From an uncultured Anaerolineae bacterium (GTDB lineage: Bacteria; Chloroflexota; Anaerolineae; B4-G1; SLSP01): DNA of 40,027 nucleotides. Both the position numbers and the translations under genes were made by a program. The stretch lies in the NCBI GenBank assembly GCA_965602565.1, contig CBFCZM010000001.1:1-40027 (forward strand), written 5' to 3'. The notes beneath the pieces were generated by a model. It was not told the origin of the DNA and searched no databases. It saw only the letters and a program-made list of their open reading frames with translations. This document shows, piece after piece, positions 10,501-18,056 of this stretch (position 1 is its first letter; the number at the start of each line of letters is the position of its first letter).

Positions 10501-10614
10501 GTACTGAATGCCATCCACGATGCTACTGGTATCATGCTTAAGCAAACTCCAGCCACTCCGGAGCGATTGTGGAAAGCACTACAAGCCCAGGCGCCGCCAA
10601 AGGTTACAGCATAA
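7597..10614 (+). CDS. Single-chain xanthine dehydrogenase/aldehyde oxidase/CoxSL-family protein: cysteine-less [2Fe-2S]-like N-domain fused to a molybdopterin-binding domain
   Basis: Residues 1-165 have the CoxS/XdhA-small-subunit fold pattern (TVEGL, HPLQ, SPTETEVRDAISG). After a ~70-aa linker comes the a/b-hammerhead (GHAAFVADF, LHSPHAHARIKDID, VRYVGDRVAAVAA) and Mo-binding lobes (TSTQVPF, IGAAFGNK, TTTRHPM, GAFRGYG, DLGTGSDTV, FAEVTVDTETG, GAKSVAE). Confidence 0.9.
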   Translation: MLISVTLNGERRQFGVAPQETLFRLLRREGLHGVKFGSEDGSDGYSTVLVNGRPHSSVVLLAAQADGAEIVTVEGLSEGRQLGWHRQSAYHPLQKAFVETGAIQSGYDTPALILAGLALLTRTASPTETEVRDAISGIVSRETGHVKPVDAILRAAAYLRGDTPPPIGGESGADLFVMPDTLLPSGEALAESSPADDIGPSESGSTSSGGVQTRIKALPTVFVTAESQEFTVVGQPLPKVDAPKLARGHAAFVADFERPGMLYGKILHSPHAHARIKDIDTHDAEALHGVRAVLTYKNVPHVIYSTAGQSYPIPGPLDYVSFDNKVRYVGDRVAAVAADTPEIAEEALSLIRIDYEVLPPVLDLDAAMAEGSPIIHDEEDYVPFGESDPTKNLVAKVKIDVGDVDAACERAAHVFETTVDTQRMKHVPLEPWVTLTYWDEDDRLVILTSTQVPFHVRRILAPVLGLSERQIRVIKPRIGAAFGNKQEIYEDIPAHLTIATGRPVLLKLTREEQFIYTTTRHPMRVKFRIGVDDDGTMVAQDMRALSDTGAYGGHGLTVLGNTGHKTLPIYDTPNVRFWGETYYTTLPRAGAFRGYGVTQGVVATETLITQAARELGWDPLEFRLKNIISPHTENIMSKTWSEGREARGEIIETNALREAAIQGASAVGWVQKYGNAQWHTVLGKPHLRRGIGVAFLMQGSGIPNLDMAAASMKMNDDGSFNLMMGATDLGTGSDTVLGQIAAEVVGCGLDDLIIRSSDTDVTPFDKGAYASSTTYISGGAVARAAEDVARQIKAVAADMAGGEAGDFTLGQGRAWRDDGLSLSFREIALHALHTQNQHQIMGHASFVSPVSPPPFAAQFAEVTVDTETGQTTVDNLLIALDSGQIINPLTASGQAEGGMHQALGYALTEELIYDAQGRTVNPRFDDYRVFRADESPPMQTLFIETFEPSHPVGAKSVAEIVVNGVTPAVLNAIHDATGIMLKQTPATPERLWKALQAQAPPKVTA

Positions 10615-10636
10615 ATGGCAATACAACGGTATCAGA

Positions 10637-10672
10637 GGCGGCGCCCCTAGAAGCGCCGCTCTTTTCTTGTTT
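10637..10672 (+). terminator. Intrinsic terminator after the Mo-hydroxylase-like gene
   Basis: 7-bp GC stem gcggcgc (10638-10644) pairs with gcgccgc (10653-10659). The loop is 8 nt, followed by the T-rich run tcttttcttgttt. Confidence 0.6.
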
Positions 10673-10779
10673 GGCATGCTAATCTCCTATACGGGGGCGA
10701 CGTCCAGGAGAGATTGCGATCGGGGCACCGGCCCGGACAGCAATTAGAGAACCGTATCCCCGATCAGCAGGAGGGAGGA

Positions 10780-12669
10780 ATGGAAAGGATGAATTGGGAA
10801 AAGTATCATCTACCAGAAGACGTGACCGAGGTGCTTGCGAAGAGCCCCAGCGTCACCGTCATCAGCACCATCAACGAATTGGTGAACTTGGCGTGTGGCG
10901 GGCTGGGCAGCAGCCACTTTGAGGTCACCTACGACTTGCCGGAGCAAGGCCAGGTCGTTGAGGCGATCGTGGCACGCGTCCGGAATGGCGTATCGGTCAA
11001 CTATCAGGAGCCGTATATGCGACGGCGCGACCCCGACTGCCTGGTGATCGCGGACAACCTGGCCACGGACAAACCCACCTTCCGGCAGCGATACGGCGAA
11101 GACTTCGAAGGTATGCGCTCGGCGACCTTTGAGTGGCTGGCGGAACAGCCGCTGGCTATGTTCGGCTACACCGCCGGGCAACCCGGCATGGGGATGGATT
11201 CTGTCGTCATCGCTCCCGCCAACGCCGGATTCTTCGCCCTGAGCCTGGCACTGCTCCAGGGCATCGTTCCGGAGAGCGAGATCCCCGGTGATTTCGTCCC
11301 CCGGTCCATCATCTACGTGGCTCCTGTCTTCCGGCACACGCACTTTTCCGGCAAGCAGGTTGTCGTGCACAACCGGCTGCCCGACATGCATGAAGTCTTC
11401 TCCTACAACCTCTACCCGGGGCCTAGCGCCAAGAAGGGCGTCTACGGTATGCTCATCACGCAGGGCGAGCGGGAAGGATGGGTCACCACGCACTGCTCAA
11501 CCGTAAGAGTTGTGACGCCCTACGACAACGTGACCACTATGATGCACGAAGCCGCCAGCGGCGGCGGCAAGAGCGAGCTACTGGAACACGCGCACCGTGA
11601 GGACGACGGGCGGATGCTGTTGGGCGAAAACATGCTCACCGGTGAACGCCGCTACATAGAGATCCCGCGCACATGTAAGCTTGAGCCCGTCGCAGATGAC
11701 ATGGCGCTCTGCCACCCGTCGCTCCAACATGGCTCGGGCAAGCTTTCGGTAGCAGACGCCGAAGATGCCTGGTTCCTGAGGGTCAACCATATCGACCACT
11801 ACGGCACCAATGTGCATCTGGAACGCCTCACCGCTGAGCCGACGGTCCCCCTCCTCTTCTTGAACATCTACGCTGTCCCCGGCAGCCGCGCATTGATCTG
11901 GGAACACATTGAGGATTCGCCAGGAGAACCGTGCCCCAACCCTCGGGTCGTGATCCCACGGCGTCTATTCCCCAATATCGTCAACGAGCCAGTGGAAGTC
12001 GACATCCGTAGCTTCGGTGTGCGGACACCCCCGTGCACCGAGGACCACCCCACATACGGCATCATCGGTCTGTTCCACATTCTGCCGCCAGCCTTGGCTT
12101 GGCTGTGGCGGCTGGCGGCACCGCGGGGATATGACAACCCAAGCATCGTCGATACCGAGGGGATGAGCAGTGAGGGCGTTGGCTCCTACTGGCCCTTTGC
12201 GACCGGACGACGCGTCGATCAGGCCAACCTGTTGCTGGCCCAATTCAGGAACAACCCGAACACCCGCTACGTCCTCTGCCCGAACCAACACGTGGGTGTC
12301 TGGCACACGGGATTTATGCCCGAATGGATTATGCGCGAATATCTGGCCCGCCGTGGTACGGCGAGGTTCAAGCCTGAGCAAATCCGGCCCGCGCGCTGTG
12401 CGCTGCTCGGCTATGCGCTGCACCAGTTCCAGGTGGAGGGCCGCTTTGTCTCGCGCTGGTTCCTCCAGGTTAACACACAGCCGGAGGTGGGCACCTCCGG
12501 CTATGATGATGGCGCCCAGCAACTCTACGACTTCTTCAGTGAACAGCTCAATCTGTATCTCACTGAGGATCTGGATCCCCTGGGACGCGCCATCATCGAC
12601 TGTTTCATGGACCGGGGATCGGTATCGGACTACAATGGACTTATCCCCGCGGTTGACTTGACAGACTAG
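10780..12669 (+). CDS. PEPCK/HprK-like P-loop protein of unknown function (possibly the DUF4914 family, from memory)
   Basis: Start ATG at 10780 follows GGAGGGAGGA; the ATG at 10789 is an alternative, and the longest ORF starts at 10714. P-loop EAASGGGKSELLEH resembles HprK/P GxSGxGKSE. Downstream, GLFHILPPALAWLWRLAAPRGYDNPSIVDTEGMSSEGVGSYWPF resembles the PEPCK-ATP segment DAFGVLPPVS.L...A.YHFLSGYTAK.AGTE. About 630 aa with no TM segments. Confidence 0.75.
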   Translation: MERMNWEKYHLPEDVTEVLAKSPSVTVISTINELVNLACGGLGSSHFEVTYDLPEQGQVVEAIVARVRNGVSVNYQEPYMRRRDPDCLVIADNLATDKPTFRQRYGEDFEGMRSATFEWLAEQPLAMFGYTAGQPGMGMDSVVIAPANAGFFALSLALLQGIVPESEIPGDFVPRSIIYVAPVFRHTHFSGKQVVVHNRLPDMHEVFSYNLYPGPSAKKGVYGMLITQGEREGWVTTHCSTVRVVTPYDNVTTMMHEAASGGGKSELLEHAHREDDGRMLLGENMLTGERRYIEIPRTCKLEPVADDMALCHPSLQHGSGKLSVADAEDAWFLRVNHIDHYGTNVHLERLTAEPTVPLLFLNIYAVPGSRALIWEHIEDSPGEPCPNPRVVIPRRLFPNIVNEPVEVDIRSFGVRTPPCTEDHPTYGIIGLFHILPPALAWLWRLAAPRGYDNPSIVDTEGMSSEGVGSYWPFATGRRVDQANLLLAQFRNNPNTRYVLCPNQHVGVWHTGFMPEWIMREYLARRGTARFKPEQIRPARCALLGYALHQFQVEGRFVSRWFLQVNTQPEVGTSGYDDGAQQLYDFFSEQLNLYLTEDLDPLGRAIIDCFMDRGSVSDYNGLIPAVDLTD

Positions 12670-13048
12670 TCAGAGGTATACTGTGGTCAGCTATCAGCAG
12701 CAACAGAGAGATCGCCTGGTCAGCCGAGCACATGAGATCCTGCAGATGATGGGCTACGATAGTGTTGATTCGACACGCGAGGCGCTCTGACGTGGCGGGC
12801 TGATCCTACTCAAAGTACCGGAGCGGCGGCTTGAGATTGCGAACTGGGTGCGCAGCCAAGCCATTGGGGAGCAGTTTCGCCTATGGTCACTCACTATGCC
12901 CAGCATCGTCAGGACCAGAACTACCAAGGCGGGTTCCGGAATGGGTAGGGGCCACGCTGACCGCCCGGCGACGGGCCTTTCTTGCGTGTTTGCGCCCGTT
13001 CTCAAACCCTCCCCTGATCGGGGGCCCTGCCAAAGAGAGGAAAACCGC

Positions 13049-13363
13049 ATGGGATTACCAGAGCAGCGCATCCGATTGGTCGCTGCGGACCCGATCGAAG
13101 TGGGCGTGTGGAGACTGCTGCCTTCAGTTCTCGTTAGCACGTCGTCGCTTCGGAGTCCGAACAAAAGCGCTCTCCACTTTGTGCGCCTTCGTCCGGCATC
13201 GATCGTGGTGGAGAGCCAAAACAGTGCGGAGTGGATCGAGATTCCCAACACAACGGGGAATATCCTGAGCACAATGGCTGCTGCGGCAGCAGGGATCGCA
13301 CTGGTCAGCAGTTTGATCATCACGGTAAGTCTGTTTCTCAAGAACCCGAGAGAAGGGAGATAG
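13049..13363 (+). CDS. Small tail-anchored membrane protein with a weak GerW/YtfJ-like core
   Basis: ATG at 13049 with AGAGAGGA 7 nt upstream. C-terminal hydrophobic helix ILSTMAAAAAGIALVSSLIITVSLFL. The stop is 5 nt before the gerW-like ATG. DPIEVG...LLPSV...VRLRPASIVVES..AEWIEI loosely follows the GerW pattern without the Gly-rich loop. Confidence 0.5.
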   Translation: MGLPEQRIRLVAADPIEVGVWRLLPSVLVSTSSLRSPNKSALHFVRLRPASIVVESQNSAEWIEIPNTTGNILSTMAAAAAGIALVSSLIITVSLFLKNPREGR

Positions 13364-13368
13364 CCTCC

Positions 13369-13833
13369 ATGGAAGCGGTCAAAGCGCTCTTTGAGCGGCT
13401 GGACAGAGTACCTGAGGAAGTCAACGTCAACGCCGTCTTCGGCACACCCGAGACGATCGAGGGGATCACCCTGATCCCGGTAGCCGAAGTCATGTATGGT
13501 TTCGGTGCGGTGGCAGGTTCAGGCCCCAGCGGAGAGGGCGACGAGGATCACGAGTGCAGTGAGGACGATGATCCCTGCCTCGACGGAGCGCCTGCCGGCG
13601 CAGACGCGTCCGCTGACGCTGACGTGAGCGAAGCCGCCATCGGCTCCGGCGCCGGTGCCGCCGCCGGAGCGAAAGCACGCCCGATCGCCTACATCACCGT
13701 GGGTCCGGAGGGCGCCCGCGTTCAGCCCATCGTGGATGAACAGAAGGTCTCCCTTGCCGGCATTCTGCTGGGTTTCTGGGCTATCGGTTGGGCAGGCCTG
13801 GTGCTGAAGACGCTGTTCACGCGCCGCTCCTAG
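13369..13833 (+). CDS. gerW: GerW/YtfJ-family (sporulation protein YtfJ-like) protein with acidic insert and C-terminal TM helix
   Basis: MEAVKALFERL...VNAVFGTPETIEGITLIPVAEVMYGFGAVAGSG...ARPIAYITVGPEGARVQPIVD matches the GerW pattern (IPV.kV.FGFG.GGG...P.A.lvv....vr..p.). GGGAGA SD before the ATG at 13369. Confidence 0.8.
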   Translation: MEAVKALFERLDRVPEEVNVNAVFGTPETIEGITLIPVAEVMYGFGAVAGSGPSGEGDEDHECSEDDDPCLDGAPAGADASADADVSEAAIGSGAGAAAGAKARPIAYITVGPEGARVQPIVDEQKVSLAGILLGFWAIGWAGLVLKTLFTRRS

Positions 13834-13838
13834 CCTGG

Positions 13839-14636
13839 ATGCCCGTCGAACGCATCGAACACACCCCAACAGGGCTCGCCTGGTATCAGTTTACTGGCGA
13901 GCCTTTGCCTTCCAGGGAGCGGTTTGTCCACGCCATGGTGACGCGGCTAGGCGGGGTCAGTCAAGGCAGCTATGCGGGCCTCAACCTGGGTGGCACCGTA
14001 GGAGACGCCCCCGTTGCCGTACAGGAAAACCATCGACGCTTGTTCCAGGCCTTCAGCATCAGCGAGGACCAGGTCGTCAGCCCACACCAGGTACACCGCA
14101 ACAGCGTCGCTTGCGTTGGTCTACGGGACGGCGGCACCGTCATCCCGGAGACGGACGCCTTGACCACAGCCACGCCCGGCATTGCCCTGCTCTTGCGCTT
14201 CGCCGACTGCGTGCCCGTGCTGTTCTACGATCCCGCGCACCACGTTGCGGCACTGACGCACGCCGGCTGGCGCGGGGTAGCCAGTGAGGTCGTCTCCGCC
14301 ACGGTCGCCGCGCTCACACAGCAGTTTGGGACGCGACCGCGGGATCTCTGGGCAGGCGTTGGACCGGCCATTGGTGTGCAACACTATGAGGTCGGTGAGG
14401 AGGTCATCAAGGCTGTGCAGCGCACACTGCCGCCGGGAGTGCAGGTCGCGGAGAAGCAGGATCAACGGTGGCACCTCGACTTGCCCGGGGCCGTAGGGGC
14501 TCAACTGCAGGCGCTGGATGTCGGCCACGTCGATCTCTCAGGGCTGCACACGGCGGGCCACACGGACAAGTGGTATTCACATCGTGGCGAGAAGGGGAAG
14601 ACCGGCCGGTTTGGCGTTCTCGTCATGCTGAAGTAG
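13839..14636 (+). CDS. pgeF: Peptidoglycan editing factor PgeF / YfiH (DUF152, laccase-domain) family protein
   Basis: Motifs HQVHRNSV, DAL.T, ADCVPVLFYDP and LTHAGWRG. The preferred ATG at 13839 (MPVERIEH) lies 5 nt after the gerW-like stop. Confidence 0.85.
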   Translation: MPVERIEHTPTGLAWYQFTGEPLPSRERFVHAMVTRLGGVSQGSYAGLNLGGTVGDAPVAVQENHRRLFQAFSISEDQVVSPHQVHRNSVACVGLRDGGTVIPETDALTTATPGIALLLRFADCVPVLFYDPAHHVAALTHAGWRGVASEVVSATVAALTQQFGTRPRDLWAGVGPAIGVQHYEVGEEVIKAVQRTLPPGVQVAEKQDQRWHLDLPGAVGAQLQALDVGHVDLSGLHTAGHTDKWYSHRGEKGKTGRFGVLVMLK

Positions 14637-14711
14637 ATAACCTCCCCGCAGGCATCGTGTCTTTGGGGAGGCCATGATCACGCCGTAGCATTGCTGCCCA
14701 TCAAATCGTAT

Positions 14712-16355
14712 CTAGGGTGACAACCCCTGAATCTCAAACGTGAAGCCGAGGACGTTCAGCAACACCGAATCAGCGTCCTGAGGGGCTTTGAATTGCAGCT
14801 CGAAGTCCTGGTAGTCATCCGGCGGGATCGTCCAGGGTAGCAGGGGCGTCGATATCTCCAGATCACTGCGCCCACTCCCCGACGTCACCTCCACGGCCTC
14901 AGCCGCGACGCGAAGGTCAGACTCACCATCATTGTAGACGGTACCGGAGATCACTATCACATCGCGGTCTGCATCCAGGAAAACGTCGTAGAGTTCCACG
15001 TCCGGCTCTGCCGGGCCTGGTCTCGGCGGCTCGAAACCCAGCACCACACTGGCCTGATCGGCAGAAGTGGGATCGGCCCGGAACCGCCACACAAGCGGGG
15101 CAGACACCCCACGCGGGATGACGTAACCGGCGCTACCAAGGGCCGAACCACCGGCCGCAATCGGCGCCGTCAGGCGACCTGCGCTACCCAGCACGCTAGC
15201 GGGTTCATTGAGAACATACCGCTGCCCAGCCGCGTCCTCGAGGACCATGTCGAAGTAGGTCGGATCCACGACGCTCGCTAACGTGTTCGTGATCTGGTAC
15301 TCAACGACAAAGTACCACGAATCCGCACTCGGGGTCGTATTCTCAACTAAGCCGGAACTTACGACGCGGACGGAGAGCCCGTCGGCGCTTTTCTCCGCGG
15401 TCGGCAGCACAGCTTCCGGCAAGTAGCGGGCGCTTACAATCAGCCGGGCCGGCTGATTGCCACCCAGCACCATCAAGGTCAGGCCAGGGCGATCCTGACT
15501 CATCGGGGTGGTATCTTCGCTGTCCACACGTTTGACCTGCGGCGACCCGAAGGCCAATTGGGTCCCGTTCTCCAGGGTCAGGGTGATCCGATCTGCAGAG
15601 GACAGGCCCGACAAGAGCGATTCCGTCGTCGATGCGTAAGGCAGGCCGACTACGTAGTTGATCACTGTACCGTGCATCCACAGGGCTATCTGCTGCTGCT
15701 CAGTGGGCAGAGGCCAGCGACCGTGTTCCGGCAGCACGGCGACGACCGGGAAACCTGTACCGGCAACGCTCAGCTGCGTGGGTGCGATCGTCTCCAGCGG
15801 CGTGTTGTCCTCCTGCAAGACGGTCAGCTCCGCCGGAATCTCCGGTGGCGACAGGAACGTCGTCAACTTGGTGACGCTCACCACGTCCGCTCCCCCAGTT
15901 GGGCGATCGCGCTGGAGCGAAAGCACACCACCAACGACGACCCCGATCATAATGAGAGCGCCCAGGACGATCAGGAGAATGGCCCACGTGGGAGGGGTGA
16001 CACGCCGCCGTGGCTGGCTTGGCTGTGGCTTAGTCATAGGGTCGACTCGCGGCCTGGGCGGCACAGCGGCGGTCTCTTGAGCCGCCTCCGCAGCAAGTTG
16101 AGGACCTTCTGTCGCGGGAGGCGTTTCGGGAGCATCGGCTGTGAAGTAATCATAGGCCTGACGCTTCTCGCTGTTGGCCAGGACATCATAGGCCTCGTTG
16201 ATCTCCTTGAAGTGCTCCTCGGCCTGAGGGTCCGTGCTGAGATCAGGATGATAGGCACGTGCCTGGCGCCGGTAGGCAAGCCGGATCTCCTCCAGAGAGG
16301 CTGTCGGCAGAACTCCCAGGATGGCATAGTAGTCTCTAACGCTTTTCTGAGTCAT
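14712..16355 (-). CDS. J-domain membrane protein with extracytoplasmic sortase-like (no Cys) and two DUF4352-like beta-sandwich domains
   Basis: N-terminal J domain [33 protein letters not shown] with the HPD motif. Then a Pro-rich linker, one TM helix ([22 protein letters not shown]) and a ~400-aa C-terminal region (see findings). Confidence 0.85.
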   Translation of the reverse strand: MTQKSVRDYYAILGVLPTASLEEIRLAYRRQARAYHPDLSTDPQAEEHFKEINEAYDVLANSEKRQAYDYFTADAPETPPATEGPQLAAEAAQETAAVPPRPRVDPMTKPQPSQPRRRVTPPTWAILLIVLGALIMIGVVVGGVLSLQRDRPTGGADVVSVTKLTTFLSPPEIPAELTVLQEDNTPLETIAPTQLSVAGTGFPVVAVLPEHGRWPLPTEQQQIALWMHGTVINYVVGLPYASTTESLLSGLSSADRITLTLENGTQLAFGSPQVKRVDSEDTTPMSQDRPGLTLMVLGGNQPARLIVSARYLPEAVLPTAEKSADGLSVRVVSSGLVENTTPSADSWYFVVEYQITNTLASVVDPTYFDMVLEDAAGQRYVLNEPASVLGSAGRLTAPIAAGGSALGSAGYVIPRGVSAPLVWRFRADPTSADQASVVLGFEPPRPGPAEPDVELYDVFLDADRDVIVISGTVYNDGESDLRVAAEAVEVTSGSGRSDLEISTPLLPWTIPPDDYQDFELQFKAPQDADSVLLNVLGFTFEIQGLSP

Positions 16356-16378
16356 GACGTCTGTCGATACCCCATGGC

Positions 16379-17983
16379 CTACGGTATGGTGTCCGGCAAC
16401 GACGGCGGTGCAATCCGAACCTTGACCTCTGGCTTGGACGCCTCAATGAGGCGATCAACGCCCAATAAGGGGACGACGACGCGGACCGTCCCTATCGTCG
16501 GCACAGTGAAGGACAACTGCCCCTGGTCATCTGTATATCCCTGCGCCAGTTCCCGCTGCCCATCAGGTGACAGCACCTGAATGAAGAAGCCCGTGACACC
16601 CTCACCGGCCCCCATCGCTCCATCCTGATCCGCATCGAGATATGCGATCACCCGGAACGTCCGGAAGCCGGTCGGCTCAGGGGTTTCCACCGGCGGCTCA
16701 GGGCGTGTCACAAGCCGGAACGTCAACTCCACATCCTCCGCGACAACTGGGGGCGGCGTGGGCGTGGCAACAGCAGGCGCTTGCAGCGTGGGGGTCGGCG
16801 CCGGTGTCGGCATATCGTTGTCCACGATTGGGGTCTGCCCCGGTTGCGGCGTTGGATCTCCCAGCACCGAGAGATCGCAGGTCACCGCGTAATCGCTGCT
16901 CACCGTGTCCCGGGTTGCCATGCGCGCCCCCTGCCCAATGAGAATATAGACGTAACCCTCATAGGTAGCGTAATACGAGAGCCGGCTGTTGAAGTCGCCC
17001 AATGCGATGTCGTCGTTGGCCATCAAGTAGTTCTGCTCACTCGCCCCGCTGTAGAACACCATCCGCGGATCCACCGCAGGACCGAGATCCGAGGTCTCGC
17101 AGGTCAGCTGCAGACCGGGCTTGACCCGGATCTTCAGAAAGTCATTGTCCACATCCCCGCCGCCCCAGGGAACGAAGTTCATGTTGTAGGTTAGCCCCGG
17201 AGCAATCGTCGTGGCAATGTTGAAATCGAAGTTCGGCTCATACTGATCGAAGCCCGTCATCCAGGTCGACCCGGGTTGCGGCGTGGCTGTCGGTCCGGGC
17301 GTGGTCGTTGCGGTTGGCGAGGGTGTCGGTGTCGGCGCCGTGTAGTTGTAGATCAGGCTGTAAGTATCACCCGTGCACTGCGCGCTGACCTGGAATACCT
17401 CGACGTAGTAAGGGCCGTAATCATCCGGGATCAACGTGACGATGGCATAGTAGGTAGACGTATCGATGTCGGCGAGAACCTCTTGCTGATGCATGTCGTA
17501 GACACGGATACCGAGATTGTAGTTCAACGTCCTATCAGGCTTGGCCTGGATTGTGTACTTGGCCCCGATGACGGCATTGTCGAGACGGTAGAAATCGGAC
17601 TCCGTAGGAATGAAAGAAGCTGGCGGATCATTGGTGCTTGAGATCAGTGACAGGTCCGTGTAGTTGGAGACCTGGATATTGGTTCCGAAGCCGTGGTTAT
17701 TCCACGTAGTATCCGTCGTCGTCGTTGACGTCGTCTCAAGCGTGCAGCTGATCGCGCTCTGCACGAGCGTAAGGTCCGGCAAGGTACGGTATGAACTGAG
17801 CAGTGGCCGATCGCTGTGGATGGGCAGCGCCGCAGCCACAGGGAGATCAGCCGCAAATCCAGGGACAGCCACCGTGGTCCCTTGGCCGCCCAGCAACAGC
17901 CATACCAGGCTCAACATCACCAGGGAGCTTCCGACTAGACCCGCCAGGGTCAGGACACGCCTGGGAACCGTCTGAAAGCTCAT
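16379..17983 (-). CDS. Secreted/anchored protein with two PPC-like (pre-peptidase C-terminal) domains, PT-rich linkers and a C-terminal Cna-B/CarboxypepD_reg-like domain
   Basis: Preferred ATG at 17983 ([31 protein letters not shown], signal/anchor) with GGGAGA upstream; the longest ORF starts at 18055. PPC-like segments are [22 protein letters not shown]...IRVYD and [18 protein letters not shown]...VYILIG. PT linkers are [19 protein letters not shown] and PTPAPTPT. C-terminal [33 protein letters not shown]...[11 protein letters not shown]. Confidence 0.75.
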   Translation of the reverse strand: MSFQTVPRRVLTLAGLVGSSLVMLSLVWLLLGGQGTTVAVPGFAADLPVAAALPIHSDRPLLSSYRTLPDLTLVQSAISCTLETTSTTTTDTTWNNHGFGTNIQVSNYTDLSLISSTNDPPASFIPTESDFYRLDNAVIGAKYTIQAKPDRTLNYNLGIRVYDMHQQEVLADIDTSTYYAIVTLIPDDYGPYYVEVFQVSAQCTGDTYSLIYNYTAPTPTPSPTATTTPGPTATPQPGSTWMTGFDQYEPNFDFNIATTIAPGLTYNMNFVPWGGGDVDNDFLKIRVKPGLQLTCETSDLGPAVDPRMVFYSGASEQNYLMANDDIALGDFNSRLSYYATYEGYVYILIGQGARMATRDTVSSDYAVTCDLSVLGDPTPQPGQTPIVDNDMPTPAPTPTLQAPAVATPTPPPVVAEDVELTFRLVTRPEPPVETPEPTGFRTFRVIAYLDADQDGAMGAGEGVTGFFIQVLSPDGQRELAQGYTDDQGQLSFTVPTIGTVRVVVPLLGVDRLIEASKPEVKVRIAPPSLPDTIP

Positions 17984-18056
17984 TTCTCGTCTCCCGGGAG
18001 GTTCGTCAATCCGCACACCATCCGGATAGCCGAGCCCCAACCACGGATTGCACACT

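Noticed and set aside
10672-10690. TGGCA element (ttggcatgctaatctcc) that looked like a sigma-54 -24 box upstream of the PEPCK-like gene.
   Set aside because: The -12 position reads TCTC rather than TTGC/TGC. No bacterial enhancer-binding protein (EBP) gene is present, and the motif overlaps the terminator T tract.
12754-13341. 195-aa minus-strand ORF covering the region upstream of the gerW-like gene.
   Set aside because: The translation is R/S/T-rich and motif-free. The plus-strand alternative (13049-13363) has an SD, a clean C-terminal TM helix and 5-nt spacing to the next gene.
14641-14671. Hairpin cctcccc...ggggagg between convergent pgeF and the J-domain gene, read as a terminator.
   Set aside because: It has only a 7-bp stem, a 17-nt loop and no T tract, which is too weak to list as a feature.
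16379-16399. LPDT(IP) at the extreme C-terminus of the PPC-domain protein, read as a possible LPXTG sorting signal for the neighbouring sortase-like domain.
   Set aside because: No hydrophobic segment or positively charged tail follows it (the protein ends 2 residues later). The neighbouring sortase-like domain also lacks the catalytic Cys.
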